From Candidatus Enterousia sp. (GTDB lineage Bacteria > Pseudomonadota > Alphaproteobacteria > Rs-D84), in contig JAZLDI010000008.1 of assembly GCA_045614665.1 (NCBI GenBank), positions 1,084 to 65,083 on the forward strand: 64,000 nt of DNA. Reading direction: 5' to 3'. The notes beneath the pieces are model-generated. The model saw nothing but the letters and a program-made list of their open reading frames with translations. It searched no databases and was not told where the DNA came from. Made by a program: the position numbers and the translations under genes. Below, one piece after another: positions 57,654 through 64,000 of this stretch (the stretch's first letter is position 1; every line of letters begins with the position of its first letter).

Positions 57654-59429
57654 TTATATTCCTCTTTTTAACAGTTCACGCATAACGGTGGCTGCGGTTC
57701 GTGCGGCGGGCGAACTGGAACCTGAATGCTCGGTAACAACACATATGGCATATTTTGGATTTTCCAGTGGTGCATATCCAACAAAAAGACCATGATTACG
57801 CATAGACCATTTTAATTGTTCATTGGTCAATACCCCGCTTTCGCGTTCTTTCTTAGAAATACTGCGCACTTGGGATGTACCGGTTTTTCCACCCATTTTC
57901 ATCCCTTTTACATCAACGGCACTGCCACTGGCGGTACCGCCACGTTGTAACACTTGTTCCAGACCTTTTAATACATATTTTATATTTTTATCTTTTAATC
58001 GCAGTGGTGAAAACTTTGGGCCATGTCCATTGTTGATGATTTTTGGCACCACCACACGATTAGATGCCACACGTGCCATCATTGTCGCCAATTGTAAACA
58101 GTTCGACAATATAAATCCCTGGCCAATACCGGAAATAATTGTATCCCCGTGTACCCATTTGACACCAACTTGTTTTTCTTTCCATTTTCTGTCTGGAATG
58201 ACGCCGGGCATTTCGCGCGCCAGAATATCATCCATAAACTTTTCAGTAAACCCCAGGCGTAACGCCATAGATTTTATTGCATCGATACCGATACGCAACG
58301 CCATCTGATAAAAATAAATGTCACACGAATGTTTTAATGCACCACACAAGTCAACTTTGCCGTGCCCCTTTTCTTCCCAACAGTGATAACGTCGGTCACC
58401 ATAATCCCAATGTCCCGGGCAAAATATTTTTTCCTTTGGGTTAATTGCACCTGATTCTAAACCCGCCAATGCAACAACGATTTTAAAGGTAGAACCTGGT
58501 GGATATAGCCCCTCAATCGCTTTGTTCATAAATGGTTTTGCAAAATCTTCGCGCAGAGTGTTTATATATTCGTCACCGTCTGCGGTGCGGAAAATATTTG
58601 GGTCAAAACTGGGGGTTGAAACCATCGCTAAAATATTACCAGTGTTAATATCCATTGCGACGCCGCAACCGGCACGATGTTGGGTTAATGCGTCATACAG
58701 TTTTCGTTGAATGTTATCATCAATGGTTGTCTTTATATCCCCGCCCGGAATAGATGGAATAAATTGTGTTTTGTCTTCGCCAGTGACGCGTCCCACCGCA
58801 TTTGTAATCATAACAGTCTGACCCGGTGTTCCCGCCAAATCATCATCGTATTTTTTTTCAAGTCCCGTAATACCTGTTGTAAAAAACGGTGCATTGGGTA
58901 CTGATTTATTTGGTGCACCAACGTATCCAAAAATCTGTGCCCCCGCCGGCCCCAGTTCATATACACGCCCATAACCACTTTCTACGTGCAACCCTGGCAG
59001 GTTTTTTGCCTGTAACCGGGCCAATGTTTCCCATTTCGCATTTTCGCTGACCAGAACGGGTTGAAACTTTGGTTGTTTCTGTATTTTCTTATATATATTT
59101 TTAACAGATTTTTCACGCAATCCCAAATCGGTGGCAACTGTTTTTACAAGTGTTTCAATATCATCTGATTCTTCGGGAACTATATAAATTCGATAAATCG
59201 GTGCATCACGTGAAATTGGATTTCCATTTGCAGATAAAATCTGGCCACGTATCGCCATATCTAATTGCATACGATAAGAATTATTCTGACTTTTCTTGGT
59301 ATATTCACGATAGTTAAACAGTTGCATTTGCAGCATACGCATAACCAACACAGACGTCAACACCACCCCGCCTGTTAAAAACAGTGCGCTGCGTCTGTCA
59401 AATGTTCGTGCAACCTCTTTATCTATCAT
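57654..59429 (-). CDS. mrdA: penicillin-binding protein 2
   Basis: 591 aa transpeptidase with the motifs STFK, SCD-like SxD and KTGT. Confidence 0.93.
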   Translation of the reverse strand: MIDKEVARTFDRRSALFLTGGVVLTSVLVMRMLQMQLFNYREYTKKSQNNSYRMQLDMAIRGQILSANGNPISRDAPIYRIYIVPEESDDIETLVKTVATDLGLREKSVKNIYKKIQKQPKFQPVLVSENAKWETLARLQAKNLPGLHVESGYGRVYELGPAGAQIFGYVGAPNKSVPNAPFFTTGITGLEKKYDDDLAGTPGQTVMITNAVGRVTGEDKTQFIPSIPGGDIKTTIDDNIQRKLYDALTQHRAGCGVAMDINTGNILAMVSTPSFDPNIFRTADGDEYINTLREDFAKPFMNKAIEGLYPPGSTFKIVVALAGLESGAINPKEKIFCPGHWDYGDRRYHCWEEKGHGKVDLCGALKHSCDIYFYQMALRIGIDAIKSMALRLGFTEKFMDDILAREMPGVIPDRKWKEKQVGVKWVHGDTIISGIGQGFILSNCLQLATMMARVASNRVVVPKIINNGHGPKFSPLRLKDKNIKYVLKGLEQVLQRGGTASGSAVDVKGMKMGGKTGTSQVRSISKKERESGVLTNEQLKWSMRNHGLFVGYAPLENPKYAICVVTEHSGSSSPAARTAATVMRELLKRGI

Positions 59430-59877
59430 TTTGTGCCCATTTTATAATTCGTGTTATCGGGATATAAAGCAACCCCGCCCACAATATAATCCACAATGTT
59501 TCAAGCATAACAATAAAACTAAAATTAGCAAACAACAATACCAGCATTCCAACACTAAAAAACGCAATAAAAATATGAATTGCCGCGCGGTCAATTTTTG
59601 TTAAATCAAAGAATGTCTGAAACCCGTTAATCGCATAAAACAGGCAATACCACGCCGTCCAAAACGCCAGTGTTTCAAACTTGTAATCAATTAAAAAACA
59701 AAACAATATGGCATATACTGTAAAATATGGCGTTGGTTGTACAAAAGAACAATAAAATATCGGAATCAGTGCCAATATTCCTGCTGGATTCCAAAAGGTA
59801 TTTGATAACCGCCACAGTACTATCACCGCCAGCCAAGGCGTTGAATCACGCAAAAATTTAATAATATTGTCTTTCAT
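59419..59877 (-). CDS. mreD: rod shape-determining protein MreD
   Basis: 152-aa polytopic membrane protein between mreC and mrdA. Confidence 0.75.
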   Translation of the reverse strand: MKDNIIKFLRDSTPWLAVIVLWRLSNTFWNPAGILALIPIFYCSFVQPTPYFTVYAILFCFLIDYKFETLAFWTAWYCLFYAINGFQTFFDLTKIDRAAIHIFIAFFSVGMLVLLFANFSFIVMLETLWIILWAGLLYIPITRIIKWAQNDR

Positions 59878-60699
59878 TTATCTATATTCGCCCAGATTAT
59901 CAAATTGTAAAACCATAACACGTGATAATTCATGCGGTGTGATTGTTTTTACATCTGTATCATTTATTATTTCACCAACAAATATACCATTTGGTAAAAC
60001 GCCACTGATGTTACTGGTAATCAGGCGCAAACCCGCAGATGGTTGAAATTGTGGGTCACTAAAAAAACCAATAGTTGTTGTGCCACTGCCGTTGCCAGCC
60101 AAAAATCCATATACCGGTGTTCCCGCCACACGCACTGCAATATTTGAATCTGTATCCGTCAGTGCGCGCACACGTGCAAAATTACCACCAGTATCAATAA
60201 CAATTCCGGCTAACTTATTATCCATAGATACAACCACATTACCGCGTACAACGCCATTGTCGGTACCGCGATTTATTACAAACGTTGCATTGTGAAATGC
60301 GCTATTGTCATAAAGGACATCAGCGATTATCGTTTTATGTGGTTGGGCTGATACCATATTTAATTCGTGGTTAAGTTTTTTGTTTTCTGCCAACGCAATA
60401 TCACACGCATATTTATTTGCCAGTGCCGCATCCAGACGTGCCTTTAATTCTTCGTTTTCATCGCGTAAATTTGATAATTCGCGAATCCCATCCACAGAAT
60501 TTCCAACCGCGCGAATGGGCCATGTAACAATATCACCAATGGTATTTGCGACCGGTAACACAATATGCGCTAAACCATTCAAAATTGTATAATCTGGCTT
60601 TGCGACCATAATGTATATAAATAAAATCGGCAGTACCGCCGCGGTGGCCGCTGATTTTATAATCGTATATACCCTGGAAGATAGTTTATTCTGGTTCAT
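59878..60699 (-). CDS. mreC: rod shape-determining protein MreC
   Basis: It has a TM anchor, a coiled coil (ENEELKARLDAA) and beta-barrel domains. The start is uncertain, and the ORF is open to a TTG at 60735. Confidence 0.85.
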   Translation of the reverse strand: MNQNKLSSRVYTIIKSAATAAVLPILFIYIMVAKPDYTILNGLAHIVLPVANTIGDIVTWPIRAVGNSVDGIRELSNLRDENEELKARLDAALANKYACDIALAENKKLNHELNMVSAQPHKTIIADVLYDNSAFHNATFVINRGTDNGVVRGNVVVSMDNKLAGIVIDTGGNFARVRALTDTDSNIAVRVAGTPVYGFLAGNGSGTTTIGFFSDPQFQPSAGLRLITSNISGVLPNGIFVGEIINDTDVKTITPHELSRVMVLQFDNLGEYR

Positions 60700-60838
60700 C
60701 ACGGATACTTTATACGTAAAAAATCCGATATTCAATAAAAACTTGATTTTTCCATAAAATATGCCACAATACCCCTAGCCAAAGTGGCAGGCATTGCCAC
60801 CAGGCATCAAAAACCTAGAAAAAATAAAAGGATATAAA

Positions 60839-61042
60839 ATGCCAAAATTAAAGACAAAGTCATACTTGAAAAAGCGTGCGTCTATGACTGCAACCGGTAA
60901 AATCCGTGTTGCCCGTAACGCCCATAAAAAACTGTTGCGCAAGAAATCTGCTCGTGCAAACAACGCGGGTTCTAAACCACAGTATTTGAATGATAACATG
61001 GTGGGTCAGGCAAAAATCCTGGCGCCATATGGTTTGAAATAA
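60839..61042 (+). CDS. rpmI: 50S ribosomal protein L35
   Basis: MPKLKTKSYLKKR... follows RBS AAAGGA. The product is 67 aa. Confidence 0.9.
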   Translation: MPKLKTKSYLKKRASMTATGKIRVARNAHKKLLRKKSARANNAGSKPQYLNDNMVGQAKILAPYGLK

Positions 61043-61054
61043 TAGGGGGCGATT

Positions 61055-61423
61055 ATGGCAAGAGTTAAACGCGGAACAACCGTAAAACAAAAACATAACA
61101 AGATTTTGGCGCGTGCCAAGGGTTACTTGGGCCGTCATCATTCAACATATCGTGCCGCTCGTGAAAAAACGGAAAAGGCGGGTCAGTATGCATATCGCGA
61201 TCGTCGTGTAAAAAAACGCGAATTTCGTGGTTTGTGGATTGTCCGTATCAATGCTGCGGTACGTCAAAACGGTATGACATACAGCCAATTTATGAACGGC
61301 TTGAAAAAGGCGGGTATTGCATTGGATCGTAAAGTATTGGCCGAAATGGCATATGCAGGCGATGCAAACTTTGTTAAATTGGTTGATACAGCAAAACGAT
61401 TTAGCGCCGGGGAATCTAAATAA
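61055..61423 (+). CDS. rplT: 50S ribosomal protein L20
   Basis: The sequence [24 protein letters not shown]... is typical of L20. Confidence 0.96.
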   Translation: MARVKRGTTVKQKHNKILARAKGYLGRHHSTYRAAREKTEKAGQYAYRDRRVKKREFRGLWIVRINAAVRQNGMTYSQFMNGLKKAGIALDRKVLAEMAYAGDANFVKLVDTAKRFSAGESK

Positions 61424-61454
61424 TCCCTTGTCGGCGGGGTATTTGTTTTGTAAT

Positions 61455-61482
61455 ATAAAGGTCGTCAATTGACGACCTTTAT
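61455..61482 (+). terminator. 12-bp perfect hairpin between rplT and pheS
   Basis: The sequence is ATAAAGGTCGTC-AATT-GACGACCTTTAT. The following T-tract is weak. Confidence 0.55.
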
Positions 61483-61514
61483 TCGTATTAAATAGAAGTC
61501 TTAAGGTAACAGTT

Positions 61515-62462
61515 ATGCAGGAACAAATTAAAAACATAAATACACTTGAAGAATTACAGGCACTGTATACCGCAACGTTCGGTAAAAATGGTACAATGAC
61601 CGCACGGTTAAAGGAAATGAAAAGTCTGGATAACGATGCACGTGCGGCATTAAATCTGGAAAACCAAACATTGCGCGAATTATTTAAAACACGTCAGACG
61701 GAAATTGAAAACGCGGTATTGATGGCGGGTCTGCAAAAACAGAAGTTGGATGTATCGTTAAATCCAATGCCTGAAAATCGTGGCACACTGCATCCAATGA
61801 CGCAAAGTTTAATTGAAATCTCAGAAATTTTACAATCTTTTGGTTATACGCCCCACACCGGTCCGGAAATCGAAGATGATTGGCATAACTTTACCGCGTT
61901 AAACACACCGGACTATCATCCGGCACGTGATATGCAAGATACGTTCTTTCTGGAAAATGGCAATGTTATGCGTACCCAGACATCTGCGATTCAAATTCGT
62001 ACAATGGAAAAAACAGGCGCGCCGGTAAAAATGTTTGGTATTGGTGCCGCATACAGAAAAGAAATGGATGCAACACATGCACCGATGTTCGGCCAGATAG
62101 AAGGGTTATATGTTAATAAAAATATCACAATGTCGGATTTGATTGGTGATATTCGTGCATTTTTAAAGCGCTTCTTTGAAATGGATGACGTTGAATTACG
62201 TATTCGTCCATCTTATTTCCCATTTACAGACCCATCGATAGAGGTTGACTTGAAATGGAAAAACGGACGTTGGTTGGAAATTATGGGTGCTGGTATGGTT
62301 CATCCAAATGTTCTGCGTAATTGTGGTATTAACCCAGACGAATACCAGGGATTTGCATTCGGCTTTGGTTGGGACCGCCTAGCGATGTTGAAATATGATT
62401 TGCCAGATTTGCGTGATTTTCGTGGCAATGACGTCAGATGGTTAAAAAGTGCTGGATTTTAA
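61515..62462 (+). CDS. pheS: phenylalanine--tRNA ligase alpha subunit
   Basis: 315 aa with class II motifs (HPARDMQDTFF, FRKE-like YRKE, GFAFGFGWDRLAM). Confidence 0.96.
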   Translation: MQEQIKNINTLEELQALYTATFGKNGTMTARLKEMKSLDNDARAALNLENQTLRELFKTRQTEIENAVLMAGLQKQKLDVSLNPMPENRGTLHPMTQSLIEISEILQSFGYTPHTGPEIEDDWHNFTALNTPDYHPARDMQDTFFLENGNVMRTQTSAIQIRTMEKTGAPVKMFGIGAAYRKEMDATHAPMFGQIEGLYVNKNITMSDLIGDIRAFLKRFFEMDDVELRIRPSYFPFTDPSIEVDLKWKNGRWLEIMGAGMVHPNVLRNCGINPDEYQGFAFGFGWDRLAMLKYDLPDLRDFRGNDVRWLKSAGF

Positions 62463-62477
62463 TGTGAGGGCAAACAA

Positions 62478-64000
62478 ATGAAATGGACATATGATTGGTT
62501 ACAAGAATATTTAGATACGGATTTATCACCCGAACAAATTTCGGATGAATTGACGCGCATTGGCCTAGAGGTTGAAGAAGTTTTTGCACCCATCGCACCA
62601 ATTGCGGCGCGTATTGTTGAATGTAAACCGCATGAAAACAGTGATCATTTGCACGTGCTGATGGTTGATGATGGAACGGGTACCCTGCGTCAAGTTGTCT
62701 GTGGTGCACCAAATGCACGTGTGGGACTGGTTTCTGCGCTGGCGGTACCAGGTTGTGTGATTGGTGGTCATGAAATAACGTCTGGCAAACTGCGTGGTGT
62801 GTTGTCTGATGGTATGATGTGTTCTGGTAAAGAGTTGGGGATAAGCGATGACCACAGTGGTATTATTGAATTAAGTGAAGATACAAAAATTGGTACGCCT
62901 GTATTAAATGTAAAAACGGTATTTGATGCCGGCATTACACCAAATCGTCCGGATTATTTATCGGTGCGTGGAATTGCGCGTGATTTATCAGCATCCGGTG
63001 CGGGCAAATATATCACGCCAACCGATACAGACTTTAAAACGGTTTCGGGAAATCGTCGTGCGGTTATTAAAACTGATAAATGTGCGACATATAAACTGAT
63101 TGAAATAAGCGATGTAAAAATCGCCCCCAGTTCGGATAAAATCGCATCGCGTTTGCGTGCGATTGGTATAAATCCGAAAAATGCTGCAATTGATGCAACA
63201 AACTATGTCTGCTATGATATGGCCCAGCCTATGCATTGCTTTGATGCGGACCAAATTCATGGTGATATCGTTGTACGTATGGCTGAATCTGGCGAAAAAT
63301 TCACAGACTTGTTTGGTGCTGAACATGAATTGACGGATATGGATATGGTGATTGCCGATGATATGGGAATCTTAGCATTGGCGGGTGTTGTTGGTGGTGC
63401 GCGTGGTTCGACAACCGAAAATACCAAGAATATTATTTTGGAATCTGCGTATTTTGACCCGGTATCTGTTCGTAAATCTGCAAAAAGAATCGGTATGTCA
63501 ACCGATGCATCATATCGCTATGAACGTGGTATTGATCCAACAATAACTGGCATGGCGGCAATGATGGCGGCAAATATAATAATGGACGCATGTGGCGGTA
63601 AAATCACAACTGCATATGTTGCGGGTAGTGACAAAATACAGAATATACAAATTAAATACAATCCAAATATCTTTGCGCAAAAAACAGGCGTAGATATAGA
63701 TAAAAAAATCCAACACGATATTTTGGAAAAGTTGGGATACACGCTGGAAATTAACGGTGACCAATGGCTGGTTACACCGCCAACACGTCGTGTTGATGTT
63801 CAGATTCCGGAAACAATTGTGGCGGATTTGCTGCGTATATACGGGTATGAAAAGTTAGCATTGTCTGCCACACATACTATTGGGGATGCGGATAAAAAAT
63901 ATAATCATGAATTATATTTAAAGCGTCATCTGGCATCACGCGGGTTGAATGAATGTTGTTCATATGCGTTTGGTAACAGTACAACAGAACTATTATTATC
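62478..64000 (+). CDS. pheT: phenylalanine--tRNA ligase beta subunit (3' end outside window)
   Basis: The ATG follows RBS GAGGG. The N-terminus is MKWTYDWLQEYLDTD, and a tRNA-binding domain and B3/4 domain are present. The ORF is open to the window end, so it is absent from the ORF track. Confidence 0.93.
   Translation, partial: MKWTYDWLQEYLDTDLSPEQISDELTRIGLEVEEVFAPIAPIAARIVECKPHENSDHLHVLMVDDGTGTLRQVVCGAPNARVGLVSALAVPGCVIGGHEITSGKLRGVLSDGMMCSGKELGISDDHSGIIELSEDTKIGTPVLNVKTVFDAGITPNRPDYLSVRGIARDLSASGAGKYITPTDTDFKTVSGNRRAVIKTDKCATYKLIEISDVKIAPSSDKIASRLRAIGINPKNAAIDATNYVCYDMAQPMHCFDADQIHGDIVVRMAESGEKFTDLFGAEHELTDMDMVIADDMGILALAGVVGGARGSTTENTKNIILESAYFDPVSVRKSAKRIGMSTDASYRYERGIDPTITGMAAMMAANIIMDACGGKITTAYVAGSDKIQNIQIKYNPNIFAQKTGVDIDKKIQHDILEKLGYTLEINGDQWLVTPPTRRVDVQIPETIVADLLRIYGYEKLALSATHTIGDADKKYNHELYLKRHLASRGLNECCSYAFGNSTTELLL

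Noticed and set aside
61424-61514. A pheST leader-peptide attenuator or L20-binding regulatory structure between rplT and pheS, and a hairpin GTGGCA/TGCCAC upstream of rpmI (60784-60800).
   Set aside because: No Phe-rich leader ORF is present. The 12-bp palindrome is adequately explained as a partial terminator after rplT. The rpmI-upstream hairpin alone is too small to call an L20 leader.

Overview
This 64 kb window looks like the chromosome of a Gram-negative, probably alphaproteobacterial (Rickettsiales/Holosporales-like) bacterium. GC content looks moderately low by eye, and almost all stop codons are TAA. Most of the window is tightly packed housekeeping genes:
- DNA repair and replication: ruvA', ruvC, addB-like, uvrB, ung, gyrB, dnaG, topA.
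- Translation and tRNA modification: mnmE, engB, rsmI, tsaE, aspS, ychF, rpmJ, rpmI-rplT-pheS-pheT'.
- Envelope and division: secB, mltA, lpoA-like, ftsQ-ftsA, lolC/E and lolD, asmA, a pagL-like gene, lpxC-lpxK, rfbBDCA, mreCD-mrdA-rodA.
- Five tRNA genes and many bidirectional GC-stem terminators.

Accessory content consists of:
- An R64-type type IVb pilus core (pilO/P/Q/R-like) with no pilin, plus an unlinked pilN-like lipoprotein.
- An orphan virB3-virB4 pair.
- A RusA-like two-gene module next to tRNA-Thr.
- Several ORFans.

The observations most worth follow-up are:
1. A T-box-like, Asp-specific tRNA-sensing leader in front of aspS. This is unexpected in a proteobacterial gene context.
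2. A promoter, a 195-nt leader with mutually exclusive helices, and a terminator in front of an AT-rich lipoprotein gene.
3. gyrB interrupted by a single in-frame TGA, while TGA is otherwise used as a stop.
4. An FtsA-Rpe translational fusion.
5. A GC-rich intergenic element carrying a split copy of the neighbouring tRNA T-arm.
6. Two tRNAs with TCC instead of TTC T-loops.

All calls rest on reading the sequence and on motif recall. No database search was run.
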